Below the pieces are notes generated by a model. That model did no database searches and was not told where the DNA came from. It saw only the letters and a program-made list of their open reading frames with translations. The position numbers and the translations under genes are program-made. Below are positions 28,277-38,008 of a stretch of DNA of 64,000 nucleotides, in pieces. Source of the DNA: Acidobacteriota bacterium (GTDB taxonomy: Bacteria > Acidobacteriota > UBA6911); NCBI GenBank assembly GCA_012719355.1, contig JAAYAM010000050.1, forward strand, positions 1,918 to 65,917. Direction: 5' to 3'. Positions within the stretch are counted from its first letter, which is position 1, and every line of letters begins with the position of its first letter.

Positions 28277-30370
28277 ATGAGGGTTTTTGAGAGTGATTCT
28301 ATTCGAAATATCTGCATTGTTGGTCACGGAGCCGCGGGAAAGACCTCATTGACATCAGCGTTTCTGTTCGATTCCGGGGCCGTCAATCGTCTGGCCCGGG
28401 TAGAGGATGGCAACACGGTCACCGACTGGGAAGACGAGGAAATCGAACGTAAGATCAGCATCAGCTGCGCTCTTGCGCATTGCGAGTGGAACAAAAGAAA
28501 AATCAACATTCTGGACACGCCCGGCTACAGGCCGTTTCTGGCTGAAACCCAGCTTGCCCTGCGAGCTGCAGACGCAGCCGCAGTGCTGGTCGACGCCGTT
28601 GCGGGCGTGGAGGTGCAGACCGAGAAGGTATGGGAATTCTGCGACGAGTATTCCCTTCCTCGCATTATCGTGATCAACAAGATGGATCGCGATAATGCGA
28701 GCAGCGAACGCAGCATGGCATCTCTCGAAGAGTCTTTTGGACGTGGTGCCGTCGCCGTCCAGATCCCGATGGGGAGCGAAAAGGACTTTACGGGCGTCAT
28801 CAGCATCATCAGCAATAAGGCATACAGGTATGCACGCGACGGATCAGGCAAGTTTCAGGAAGAAGATATCCCGGCAGAGTACAAAGACGAGGTTTCGGAG
28901 AGACGAGAGAAGCTGATCGAGATGGTCGCGGAAGGAAGCGACGCTCTCATGGAAAAATTCTTCGCTGAAGGGACACTGGAACAGGCTGATCTGGTCGAAG
29001 GACTCAAAGCCGCGGTCCTTCAACGAAGCATCTTTCCGGTTTTTTACGCCAGCGCCACTCTCAACATCGGGATTGCGCAGATCCTGGACGGTGTGATTGA
29101 CCTGCTGCCGTCTCCCGCCGCCGTGGCCAAGGTTACGGGGATGGATCCAAAGACGAAAGAGCCGGTTGAGCGATCCATATCGAGCACGGAACCATACGCA
29201 GCTTACGTCTTCAAGACCATAGCCGACCCATTCGCCGGCCGCATCAGCCTCATAAAGCTCTATTCCGGAATCATGCGCTCAGACAGCACTTATAACAATC
29301 AGTCCAAGGGGAAGCCGGAAAAACTCGGACCGCTGCAGATCCCGCAGGGCAAGACCATGATTCCGGTGGGAGAAGTCCACGCGGGAGACTTCTTCGCAGT
29401 CACCAAACTGAGAGAGACCACAACGGGAGACACACTCTGCGATCCTTCGGCCCCGATCATCTTCCCGAGCGTGGAGATCCCGGAACCGTCCATGACATTC
29501 GCGATCGAGCCGAAGAGCCGCGGCGATGAAGACAAAATCAGCAACGCACTGGCGCGCATCGCCGAAGAGGATGCGGCAATCAGGTACAACCGCGACGCAC
29601 AGACCAAGCAGCTTCTCCTTTCAGGATCGGGACAACTCCATGTGGAGGTAACGGTCGCAAAGCTGCGGAAACGCTATGGCGTTGAAGTTGTCCTGAAGAC
29701 TCCCAAAATCCCTTATCGGGAAACCATCAGGGGGAAAGCCGATGTTCAGGGACGACACAAGAAGCAGACCGGTGGACACGGGCAGTTCGGCGACTGCTGG
29801 ATCAGGATGGAACCGCTTCCGCGTGGCGGGCAGTTCGAGTTTGTAGACGAGATCTTTGGCGGAGCGATTCCGCGCAACTTCATTCCGGCAGTGGAAAAAG
29901 GTATTCTGGAGGCCGCCGCCCGCGGATACGTTGCCGGCTATCCGGTCGTCGATTTCAAGGTGACGCTTTATGATGGAAGCTACCACCCGGTCGATTCCTC
30001 TGAAATGGCCTTCAAGATTGCCGGCAGCCTCGCCTTCAAGAAGGCCATGGAAGAAGCCAACCCGGTCCTTCTCGAGCCGATCATGAATGTTGAAATCTAC
30101 GCGCCCCAGGAGTATGCGGGAGCGCTTACCGGCGACCTCAGCGGGAGGCGTGGAAGGCTCCAGGGGATGGATATCAAGAGAGACACGCAGATTATCAAGG
30201 CCCAGGTCCCAATGGCGGAGATGGTCAGCTATGCGCCCGTCCTTACGTCGGTAACCGGAGGACGCGGGACTTACCACATGGAGTTCTCTCATTATGATGA
30301 GGTTCCGGCGCACATAGCCCAGAAAATCGTCGAAGAAGCCAACAAAGAGAGAAAGCAGGAGGAAGAGTAG
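28277..30370 (+). CDS. elongation factor G family GTPase (EF-G paralog)
   Basis: G1-G4 motifs (GHGAAGKT, DTPGY, NKMD), domains II-V, 697 aa. It is not in an rpsL-rpsG-fusA-tuf context, so it is probably a second copy (EF-G2-like). Confidence 0.8.
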   Translation: MRVFESDSIRNICIVGHGAAGKTSLTSAFLFDSGAVNRLARVEDGNTVTDWEDEEIERKISISCALAHCEWNKRKINILDTPGYRPFLAETQLALRAADAAAVLVDAVAGVEVQTEKVWEFCDEYSLPRIIVINKMDRDNASSERSMASLEESFGRGAVAVQIPMGSEKDFTGVISIISNKAYRYARDGSGKFQEEDIPAEYKDEVSERREKLIEMVAEGSDALMEKFFAEGTLEQADLVEGLKAAVLQRSIFPVFYASATLNIGIAQILDGVIDLLPSPAAVAKVTGMDPKTKEPVERSISSTEPYAAYVFKTIADPFAGRISLIKLYSGIMRSDSTYNNQSKGKPEKLGPLQIPQGKTMIPVGEVHAGDFFAVTKLRETTTGDTLCDPSAPIIFPSVEIPEPSMTFAIEPKSRGDEDKISNALARIAEEDAAIRYNRDAQTKQLLLSGSGQLHVEVTVAKLRKRYGVEVVLKTPKIPYRETIRGKADVQGRHKKQTGGHGQFGDCWIRMEPLPRGGQFEFVDEIFGGAIPRNFIPAVEKGILEAAARGYVAGYPVVDFKVTLYDGSYHPVDSSEMAFKIAGSLAFKKAMEEANPVLLEPIMNVEIYAPQEYAGALTGDLSGRRGRLQGMDIKRDTQIIKAQVPMAEMVSYAPVLTSVTGGRGTYHMEFSHYDEVPAHIAQKIVEEANKERKQEEE

Positions 30371-30376
30371 TTCCCA

Positions 30377-31171
30377 ATGTATCCAAAAATCCTGGATCTG
30401 GGCCCGGTCACGGTCCACACCTACGGCTTGCTGCTTGCAGCGGCTTTCATCGCGGGCATCTGGATTACCAGCCGCAACGCCCGTAAACTGGGCATCAGCC
30501 CGGATACGATCTGGAACATGGGACTGGTCGTGATCTTCTCTGCGCTGGTCGGCGCGAAGATCCTTCTGCTTTTCTCCAACTACCAGTACTACTCCGACAA
30601 CCTGCGTGAGATCTTTTCGCTCTCGACGCTTCGCTCAACCGGCGTGTATTACGGAGGCCTGCTTCTGGCGCTGGCGGCAGCCGCCATCTACATGGTGAAG
30701 AACCGCCTGCCCGGATGGGTGCTGGCGGATGTTGCCGCTCCCGGAATCGCGCTCGGCCAGGCTATCGGACGGCTGGGTTGTTTCTCGGCGGGGTGCTGCT
30801 ACGGCAGCCAGACGTCGCTGCCATGGGGAGTAGTATTCACGAACCCATACTCGTATGAAAACGTGGGGGTTCCGCTCAACGTCGCGCTGCATCCGACACA
30901 GATTTATGAGTCGGTCGGGGCGCTCTGCCTGTTCGCTTTTCTCATGTGGCGGCTTTCGAGGAAACACGTCACCGGACAGATCATACTGGAATACCTGACG
31001 TTGTACGGGCTTCTGAGATTTGCTATCGAGTTCTTCCGTGGCGACGACAGGGGGGTTGTGCTGTACGGCCTCCTGTCGACGTCGCAGTTCATTGCCATCC
31101 TGACAGTTCTCGGATCGGCGGTCACATACTATTTCCTGGTCCGCCGACCGGCCCCAGTGCCTCAGAATTGA
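30377..31171 (+). CDS. lgt: prolipoprotein diacylglyceryl transferase
   Basis: Lgt signature (GPVTVHTYGLLLAAAF...GQAIGRLGCFSAGCCYG), 264 aa. Confidence 0.85.
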   Translation: MYPKILDLGPVTVHTYGLLLAAAFIAGIWITSRNARKLGISPDTIWNMGLVVIFSALVGAKILLLFSNYQYYSDNLREIFSLSTLRSTGVYYGGLLLALAAAAIYMVKNRLPGWVLADVAAPGIALGQAIGRLGCFSAGCCYGSQTSLPWGVVFTNPYSYENVGVPLNVALHPTQIYESVGALCLFAFLMWRLSRKHVTGQIILEYLTLYGLLRFAIEFFRGDDRGVVLYGLLSTSQFIAILTVLGSAVTYYFLVRRPAPVPQN

Positions 31172-31215
31172 GCGAGAAACGTGAAATCTGGATTATCACG
31201 CCCGACTCCGTGCGG

Positions 31216-32154
31216 ATGCGCCTTGATCAGTTCCTGATCAGCCGCATCCCCGGAGAAAGCCGTTCCCAGATCCAGAACTGGATCCGGAAGGGCTATCTGC
31301 TGGTAAACGGGGAGAAGATAAAGACGGGGCACCTGACCCGCCTCAATGATCGAATCGAACTGCGACTCCCTTCCCCGCCTCCCGATACCCCTTTTGCGGA
31401 AGATATCCCGCTGGACATTCTCTATGAAGATTCAGATCTCGCCGTCATCAACAAACCCGCGGGTCTCGTCTGCCATACGGGAGCGGGCGTGAGGTCGGGA
31501 ACGCTCGTCAATGCCCTGTTTCACAGGATGGGCCCCATTGAAGCGGGAGATCCGCAGCGGCCCGGCATTGTCCACCGGCTGGACAAACTCACGAGCGGCG
31601 TTATGCTCGTGGCGAAAAACAATCAGGCTCACAGAAAGCTCTCGCAGCAGTTCAAGAACCGGGAAGTGCGGAAGGAGTATCTCGCGCTCGTCCATGGATC
31701 GCCGTCTCCTCCTTCGGGAACAATAGATGTGCCGCTGGGGCGGGATCCGCACGACCGGAAGAAGATTTCTCCAAGGGCGCGCCGCACACGCAGCGCGGTG
31801 ACGCATTATCACGTCAGGCGCAGCTACGGCGCGGTGTCACTGCTCGAAATCGGAATCGAGACCGGAAGAACGCATCAAATACGTGTTCACCTGGCCCACA
31901 AGGGGCATCCGGTCGTCGGCGACCCCGTGTACGGATCCGGCCGCAATCTGCCGGCCTCGCTCCTGAAAGCAGCGCCCCGACTGCAGCGCCCTTTTCTGCA
32001 TTCACACATCCTTGGTTTCCATCACCCGAGTTCCGGAAAGGAGCTTCTGTTCACAGCATCGCTGCCGGAGGAACTCCAGCAGTTTCTCGACGCGGTAGAC
32101 AGTGCCAGTGGCACCAGTGGGCTGCTTGACTCGGGCCGGAGCCGACTCTTATAA
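31216..32154 (+). CDS. rluD: RluA-family 23S rRNA pseudouridine synthase (RluD-like) with N-terminal S4 domain
   Basis: S4 domain (MRLDQFLISRIPGESRSQIQNWIRKGYLLVNGE) and the catalytic HRLDKLTSGVM motif. The ATG at 31216 is preferred; a TTG at 31168 would overlap the lgt stop. Confidence 0.8.
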   Translation: MRLDQFLISRIPGESRSQIQNWIRKGYLLVNGEKIKTGHLTRLNDRIELRLPSPPPDTPFAEDIPLDILYEDSDLAVINKPAGLVCHTGAGVRSGTLVNALFHRMGPIEAGDPQRPGIVHRLDKLTSGVMLVAKNNQAHRKLSQQFKNREVRKEYLALVHGSPSPPSGTIDVPLGRDPHDRKKISPRARRTRSAVTHYHVRRSYGAVSLLEIGIETGRTHQIRVHLAHKGHPVVGDPVYGSGRNLPASLLKAAPRLQRPFLHSHILGFHHPSSGKELLFTASLPEELQQFLDAVDSASGTSGLLDSGRSRLL

Positions 32155-32182
32155 TCGAAAGGCTTTTGTGCCAAAGGATACT

Positions 32183-33124
32183 ATGATGCTTCACCGTTCT
32201 CTGCGCCTGTTTGCCATGCTTCTGACCTTCGGGGCGATTCTGTCCTTTCTGCCCGGCCAGGAGAAACGGCTTCCTGAGCGGATATCGGATCAGACCTACC
32301 GAGTCAGCGTCGACCTTGTCAACGTCCTCTGCTCGGTCTTCGACAAAAAGACCAACTCCTTTGTGACAAACCTGACTCGTGACGATTTCCTGATCTATGA
32401 AGACAACCAGCCACAGGAAATCCGGAATTTCTCGCGTGAGACTGATCTTCCCCTGACGATCGCGATGCTGGTCGATACCAGCGGAAGCGTTACGCCCAAA
32501 CTCAAATTCGAGCAGGAGGCCGCAATCGCTTTCTTCCAGAGTGTGATGAGGGAGAAGGATCGCGCGATGCTCGTCAAGTTCGATTCGGGCGTCAGCATGC
32601 TGCAGGATTTCACCAATGATCCCAACAAGCTGGCGGATAAAATCAAGAAACTGAAGACAGGAGGAGGCACGACGCTCTACGATGCCATCTACGTCACCTG
32701 CGACGAGAAGCTGATCCGCGAGACCGGACGCAAGGCGATAATTATCCTGTCGGACGGCGATGATATGTCGAGCAGAGCCACTCTCGAGCAGGCTACTGAA
32801 ATGGCACTGCGGGCCGAAACGACGGTCTTCGCCGTCAGTATCAGCAAAGGCGGGTTCTTCGGCGTCGGGGACAAATCGGAAGGAGACTCGATTCTAAAGG
32901 AGATCGCCAACGCCACCGGAGGAAGGATTTTCTTCCCCTTCAAGGTAGAGGAACTCGATGAGGCCTTCCGCCAGATAAGCCAGGAACTCAGGAGCCAGTA
33001 CAGCCTCGGCTATGTATCGAATAATCCTGGTAAACGGGGAGAATACAGGAAGATAGAGATTAAAGTTCAGGAAAAGGATCTGAAGCTGTCCTACCGGAAG
33101 GGATACTACGCGCCCACAAGCTAG
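32183..33124 (+). CDS. secreted von Willebrand factor type A (VWA) domain protein
   Basis: Signal peptide (MMLHRSLRLFAMLLTFGAILSF) and a VWA MIDAS-like region (LVDTSGS...ILSDGDD). Confidence 0.7.
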   Translation: MMLHRSLRLFAMLLTFGAILSFLPGQEKRLPERISDQTYRVSVDLVNVLCSVFDKKTNSFVTNLTRDDFLIYEDNQPQEIRNFSRETDLPLTIAMLVDTSGSVTPKLKFEQEAAIAFFQSVMREKDRAMLVKFDSGVSMLQDFTNDPNKLADKIKKLKTGGGTTLYDAIYVTCDEKLIRETGRKAIIILSDGDDMSSRATLEQATEMALRAETTVFAVSISKGGFFGVGDKSEGDSILKEIANATGGRIFFPFKVEELDEAFRQISQELRSQYSLGYVSNNPGKRGEYRKIEIKVQEKDLKLSYRKGYYAPTS

Positions 33125-33180
33125 GTCGGGGGAGGGATCGCCAGCGCAGCCGGAACCACTGCATCAGGATGCTGCGGCTG

Positions 33181-33213
33181 CCGGCAACGCTGGACTTTTG
33201 CCGGGCTGTTTTC
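33181..33213 (+). terminator. candidate intrinsic terminator between convergent VWA and blaI-family genes
   Basis: Stem CCGGCAA/TTGCCGG with a 10-nt loop, followed by GCTGTTTTC. Confidence 0.35.
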
Positions 33214-33219
33214 AAACGG

Positions 33220-33618
33220 TCAGGCCACCCGATGCTCCTGTTGCCTCGACTCCAACATGTTTTTCACAGTCCAGAGCTGTTCGGGCGCAGTAATCTCATT
33301 CTCGAGTACGTTTTCGATCATCTTCTCAGGACTGCCGTCAAAGAAGCGGGTAAGAACATCACGGACCTGGTTTCGCGTCGCCTGCTGGCGGGATAAGAGC
33401 GGTTTGTAAACATATGCGCGGCCAGATCTTGTATGAACCAGTGCCCCTTTTTCCTCAAGGATTCCCATCAGAGTCAGAATGGTGGTGTAGGCGGTTACCT
33501 TCTTCTGGGACATGGCGTCGCAGACTTCCTTCACAGTCGCCTCGCCCTTGTCCCAGACCACCTTCATGATCTGAAGTTCCTGTCGGGTCAGGATAATAGA
33601 GTCTAAATCCTTTTTCAT
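33220..33618 (-). CDS. BlaI/MecI/CopY family transcriptional repressor
   Basis: Winged-helix N-terminus (LTRQELQIMKVVWDKGEATVKEV) and a dimerisation C-terminus, 132 aa. Confidence 0.8.
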   Translation of the reverse strand: MKKDLDSIILTRQELQIMKVVWDKGEATVKEVCDAMSQKKVTAYTTILTLMGILEEKGALVHTRSGRAYVYKPLLSRQQATRNQVRDVLTRFFDGSPEKMIENVLENEITAPEQLWTVKNMLESRQQEHRVA

Positions 33619-33748
33619 TGTACCTCCAACTAAGTGGATTTAGCAGTAGTTGCTATGAATTCATTCTAGCATTGAACTACTTTACCGTTAATACGTTGTT
33701 ATCCGGCACGGGATCGGACTATGTCTTTAAGGGGATATTTTTCTGCGT
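33619..33748 (-). promoter_or_regulatory. AT-rich leader with palindromes (TAGCAgtagtTGCTA; ATGAATTCAT) between the DUF362-like gene and the blaI-family gene
   Basis: Inverted repeats seen directly in sequence. BlaI-family operators are typically such dyads. Confidence 0.3.
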
Positions 33749-34777
33749 TCAGTCCGGCGGGAGCTTCTCGGGAACCGGCGAATCACTCAGGATTCCTTCG
33801 ATCCGTGAAGCGAACAGGCGGCTTTCCTCATCGTCGGAAATCAGTCGTATCTCCGCGGCCGAACCGGCTCCGAGTCCCAGTTCAACCGCGCGGCGGATCT
33901 GTTCCTGTTCGAAACAGGATCCCTTGTTCAGGGGAGCACCTGCGCCCAATAGCCTGAGAACCGCCACCCCGACCGCGTCGAGCGCGACACGGTCCCGTGA
34001 GGCGGCAATAAAGCCGGGATCGGCCGTCCGCCCCGATTCGGGCCCACCCTGGACGAACACCTGCATAGCGTCCATGATCAGAAGTTCCGGCGTGTAGCAC
34101 TGATTGACCTCCGCGATCATGCTGCATTGCTCCTTCGAGGAATGAAGCTCAGCCATGTAGTTCAGCGCCGGATCCTTCGATGCATATTTCGCTACCAGAC
34201 CGATCGAATTCTTCAGGGACGCGGAGAACTCACCGCCGAAGCGGTGCGTCTTCAGATTGCAAACCTGTACCACGCACCCCTTTTCCAAAATGAAGTCCGG
34301 AACCTCCGGGACGTTCTTCCAGTGGGAGTCCTTCAGATCCGGCTTCTTCCAACGGTCGGGAGGGAGTTGTTCGAGCGGAAGGAAATTGATTCCAATGTCA
34401 CGTGCGATTTGCACTACCCCGAGCCTCTCGGCGATGTCCTGCGTCACCCCCATCCCGCTTCTTTCAACCAGAGTGATCTTTCCGCACCCTGACGATTTCA
34501 GCACCTCAACGGCCGCCCGCAGCGCATCGGGATGAGTGGTTGCAGGGAAGGGATCAGGACTGTTGTAATTGCATTTCAGGTAGACTTCCCTCCCCTGCAG
34601 TCTGAGCGGTTCCAGCAGGTCGACCGCCTTCCGGATTCCCATACCGCGATTCCCTGTCTTTACAATCGAAACCGGTATGCCGGCCCGCGGCGCGTCTTCC
34701 TGGAATCTGAACAGCGCCATGCCTGACATGAGCGAAAGTCTGTTGAATTCCCTTCTGGAAATGAGCATGCCCTGCAT
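33749..34777 (-). CDS. Tat-signal protein, DUF362-like (uncharacterised)
   Basis: Twin-arginine motif SRREFNRLSLMSGMALF after an internal ATG. The globular body is Cys-poor. The DUF362 assignment is from recollection of the family and is tentative. Confidence 0.4.
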   Translation of the reverse strand: MQGMLISRREFNRLSLMSGMALFRFQEDAPRAGIPVSIVKTGNRGMGIRKAVDLLEPLRLQGREVYLKCNYNSPDPFPATTHPDALRAAVEVLKSSGCGKITLVERSGMGVTQDIAERLGVVQIARDIGINFLPLEQLPPDRWKKPDLKDSHWKNVPEVPDFILEKGCVVQVCNLKTHRFGGEFSASLKNSIGLVAKYASKDPALNYMAELHSSKEQCSMIAEVNQCYTPELLIMDAMQVFVQGGPESGRTADPGFIAASRDRVALDAVGVAVLRLLGAGAPLNKGSCFEQEQIRRAVELGLGAGSAAEIRLISDDEESRLFASRIEGILSDSPVPEKLPPD

Positions 34778-34868
34778 TGTATACCGCCGGTTCCAAGAAA
34801 GAAAATTAGTCCGAAGCAGCATCAATCGGGTGTTGGAAAGACCTGCGCATGCGACTAAGATTACGTGC

Positions 34869-36047
34869 GTGAAAAAGACAATTATCATTCATTATCATGA
34901 GATTAGCCTGAAGGGGCATAACCGCGGCTGGTTTGAGAACCATCTGCAGCAGAACATCGCTGCCACGATTAAAGGGCTGACGTATGAGTCCATGCGGCGC
35001 TTCGGCGGCCGTCTCCTCATTGAGCTGAGGCAGGACTCGCCTGTCGAGGAGATTGTCGGACGCCTTACCCGTGTCTTCGGGGTTGCAAATCTCGCGGTCG
35101 CCGTCGACGTCGACGCTTCGATGGAAGCAATTAAGTCGGCTCTGGTCGAACTGATCTCCCAGACCCGTTTTGGTTCGTTCAGAATAGACACAAGGCGCGG
35201 CACCAAGGATTTCCCGCTCAATTCGCAGCAGGTGAATCAGCAACTGGGGGCATTCGTTCAACAACTCTCCGGGGCGGAAGTCAGGATGGAGAATGCCGAC
35301 GCCGTCTTCTTTGTTGAGTTGGTCGGGCCCAGGGCGTTCATATATGTGTCCAAAATCCCCGGAGCCGGAGGACTCCCTTCCGGAACCGGCGGTAGGGTTC
35401 TCTGCCTTCTCTCGGGCGGAATCGATTCGCCCGTGGCGGCATTCCGGCTGATGCGCCGCGGCTGCCGTGTGGTGTACGTTCATTTTCACAGCTTCCCCCA
35501 CACTACCCTCGAGTCGCAGGAGAAGGTGAGGAGCATTCTTCGGATCCTCTCCCGTTTTCAGCTGCAGTCTCAGCTTCACCTTGTCCCTTTTGCCGAAGTT
35601 CAGCGGGAGATTGTCGCGTATGCGCCGCCGCCGCTGCGCGTTGTTCTCTACCGCCGTTTCATGGTGCGGATTGCGGAGGAGCTTGCCAGGAAAGAGAAGA
35701 TCCTTGCGCTGGTGACCGGCGACAGTCTCGGGCAGGTGGCAAGCCAGACGCTGGAGAACATCACCAGCATAACGGCGGCAACGGCCATGCCCGTTTTCAG
35801 ACCGCTGATCGGTGACGACAAGGAAGAGATCATCCGGACTGCGCGCCAGATAGGAACGTATGATATCAGCATACTTGCCGACCAGGACTGCTGCTCTCTT
35901 TTTGTGCCGCGCCATCCCGAGACCATGTCCAGTCTCGAGCAGGTGGAAAAAGCGGAGGAGGGACTGGACATTCAGCGGCTCGTCCAATCAGCGCTGCAGG
36001 AAGCGACACGGGAGACGATTTTCCCCGATTTCTCTTCACAAGGGTGA
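34869..36047 (+). CDS. thiI: tRNA 4-thiouridine synthase / sulfur carrier transferase ThiI (THUMP + PP-loop)
   Basis: PP-loop SGGIDSPVAA, THUMP-like N-terminus beginning VKKTIIIHYHEISLKG (GTG start chosen), and a C-terminal rhodanese-less form (393 aa). Confidence 0.8.
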   Translation: MKKTIIIHYHEISLKGHNRGWFENHLQQNIAATIKGLTYESMRRFGGRLLIELRQDSPVEEIVGRLTRVFGVANLAVAVDVDASMEAIKSALVELISQTRFGSFRIDTRRGTKDFPLNSQQVNQQLGAFVQQLSGAEVRMENADAVFFVELVGPRAFIYVSKIPGAGGLPSGTGGRVLCLLSGGIDSPVAAFRLMRRGCRVVYVHFHSFPHTTLESQEKVRSILRILSRFQLQSQLHLVPFAEVQREIVAYAPPPLRVVLYRRFMVRIAEELARKEKILALVTGDSLGQVASQTLENITSITAATAMPVFRPLIGDDKEEIIRTARQIGTYDISILADQDCCSLFVPRHPETMSSLEQVEKAEEGLDIQRLVQSALQEATRETIFPDFSSQG

Positions 36048-36053
36048 AAAGGC

Positions 36054-36572
36054 ATGAACGCGAACAACAGAATCGAGATAGTGACCGGCGACATAACTGT
36101 CCAGGAAGTGGACGCCATCGTGAATGCGGCAAACACAACACTTCTCGGCGGCGGCGGCGTTGACGGGGCGATTCACCGCGCAGCTGGCCCCGAGCTTCTC
36201 GAGGAATGCCGGCGGCTGGGAGGATGTCCCACCGGTTCTGCAAAAATGACCAAAGGCTATAGACTGCCGGCAAAATGGGTGATCCACACCGTCGGCCCCG
36301 TCTGGCGGGGAGGAACGCATGGTGAGGAGCGGCTCCTGGCCGGCTGCTATCGCACCTGCCTCGACCTGGCCCTGCACTCCGGAATCAGATCGATCGCATT
36401 TCCGTCCATCAGCACCGGCGCCTACCGGTTTCCTGTCGAGAGAGCTTCACGCATCGCTGTCGAGGTGATCAGGGCGCATCTGGATCAGAACCCGCTGCCC
36501 GAAAGCGTGCTGGTTGTGTGTTTCGATGCAGCCACGTATGAGACTTATGCGCGGCTTCTTCAGGAAACATGA
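36054..36572 (+). CDS. macro domain protein (O-acetyl-ADP-ribose deacetylase, YmdB-like)
   Basis: Macro signature ([37 protein letters not shown]), 172 aa. Confidence 0.8.
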   Translation: MNANNRIEIVTGDITVQEVDAIVNAANTTLLGGGGVDGAIHRAAGPELLEECRRLGGCPTGSAKMTKGYRLPAKWVIHTVGPVWRGGTHGEERLLAGCYRTCLDLALHSGIRSIAFPSISTGAYRFPVERASRIAVEVIRAHLDQNPLPESVLVVCFDAATYETYARLLQET

Positions 36573-36671
36573 CGCACAAAGGGTCGGACTTCCCATTGAC
36601 AAAGCCGACGGTGTTAATAAAGGATTATCAGATCAGGTGTATCGGGGGGATGGAAGGAAAGGCGGACTCGT

Positions 36672-37979
36672 ATGAATCAGAAAAAAGAGAATTACCGGCT
36701 GGCCACTCTGGCGCTGCATGCGGGGCAGGAACCGGATCCTGCGACGACCTCATGTGCAGTGCCGATCTATGCAACGAGCAGCTATGTCTTCAAGAGTACC
36801 GAGCATGCGGCTGACCTCTTTGCGCTCAAAGAACTGGGAAACATCTATTCCCGGCTGATGAATCCCACCAACGATGTGCTCGAGAAGAGGCTTGCTGCGC
36901 TCGACGGCGGAATCGCAGGGCTTGCATTTGCAAGCGGGCAGGCTGCCATCACGGCGGCAATCCTCACCATCACCCATGCGGGGCAGAACTTCATCTCCTC
37001 GACGAGCCTCTATGGAGGGACGTGGACTCTCTTCTCCCAGACATTCAAGAAGCTGGGAATCGAAGTACGGTTCTTCGATCCGGATCATCCGGAACAGATT
37101 GCGAAGCTTGCGGATGAGAAGACCAGGCTGGTGTATCTCGAGTCGGTAGGAAACCCGAAGAATGATGTCCCGGACTTCGGGAAGATTTCTGAAACGGCAC
37201 ACGGGCTGGGACTGCCGGTGATTGTCGACAACACAGTCCTGACTCCCGCCCTGCTTCGTCCGATCGAACACGGAGTCGACATCGTTGTTTATTCAACGAC
37301 GAAGTTCATTGGCGGACATGGCGTGCATATCGGAGGAGCGATCGTCGACAGCGGCCGTTTCCTGTGGGAGAATGAGCCGCAAAAATGGCCCGAGTTCGCC
37401 GCTCCGGACGACGCCTACCACGGACTGGTCTTCACTGAGGCGCTGAAGCCGCTGGGGAATCTCGCATACATCGTGCACATCAGGACGCATTGGCTGCGGG
37501 ACACGGGCGCCTGCATGAGCCCCTTTGCCGCATTTCTTTTCCTGCTGGGCCTTGAAACCCTGCCGGTCCGGATCGAAAGACATACGGCCAACGCGTCGGC
37601 GCTCGCGCAGTGGCTCGAGAAGCATCCCGCGGTTCTGTGGGTAAACTACCCCGGACTCGAGAGTCATAAGCACCACCAGATGGCAAGGAAATACCTGCCG
37701 AAAGGCGCTGGTGCGATACTCGGTTTCGGAATCCGGGGCGGGCGCGAAGCAGGAATCAAGTTCATAAACAACGTCAGGCTTGCCAGCCACCTTGCGAACA
37801 TTGGAGATGCCAGGACCCTCGTCATTCACCCGGCGTCCACCACCCACTCTCAGCTGACTGAAAAGGAACAGCAGGAGACTGGTGTCACGCAGGAGTACGT
37901 GCGCGTCTCGGTCGGCATCGAGGACATTGAAGACATCAAAGAGGACTTCGATCAGGCGCTGCGCATTTCTCAGAGCTGA
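36672..37979 (+). CDS. metY: O-acetylhomoserine aminocarboxypropyltransferase (sulfhydrylase), PLP-dependent
   Basis: Cys/Met-metabolism PLP family with the Lys region (YSTTKFIGGHG), 435 aa. The N-terminus is typical of MetY (ALHAGQEPDPATTSCAVPIY). Confidence 0.85.
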   Translation: MNQKKENYRLATLALHAGQEPDPATTSCAVPIYATSSYVFKSTEHAADLFALKELGNIYSRLMNPTNDVLEKRLAALDGGIAGLAFASGQAAITAAILTITHAGQNFISSTSLYGGTWTLFSQTFKKLGIEVRFFDPDHPEQIAKLADEKTRLVYLESVGNPKNDVPDFGKISETAHGLGLPVIVDNTVLTPALLRPIEHGVDIVVYSTTKFIGGHGVHIGGAIVDSGRFLWENEPQKWPEFAAPDDAYHGLVFTEALKPLGNLAYIVHIRTHWLRDTGACMSPFAAFLFLLGLETLPVRIERHTANASALAQWLEKHPAVLWVNYPGLESHKHHQMARKYLPKGAGAILGFGIRGGREAGIKFINNVRLASHLANIGDARTLVIHPASTTHSQLTEKEQQETGVTQEYVRVSVGIEDIEDIKEDFDQALRISQS

Positions 37980-38008
37980 GTTGAAGGGCAGAAGCAAGAG
38001 CAGTTTGG

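Noticed and set aside
30946-31215. N-terminal 90-codon extension of the rluD ORF in the track
   Set aside because: It overlaps the end of lgt in another frame. The S4 domain begins at the ATG at 31216 (MRLDQFL...).
34806-35987. 393-aa ORF on the - strand
   Set aside because: It is antisense to thiI, which carries clear PP-loop and THUMP motifs. The product is Arg- and Gly-rich with no recognisable fold.
36573-36671. SAM riboswitch upstream of metY
   Set aside because: The leader is only about 100 nt. It lacks the SAM-I conserved segments and shows no convincing SAM-II/V pseudoknot pattern. Only a TTGACA -35-like hexamer is present.
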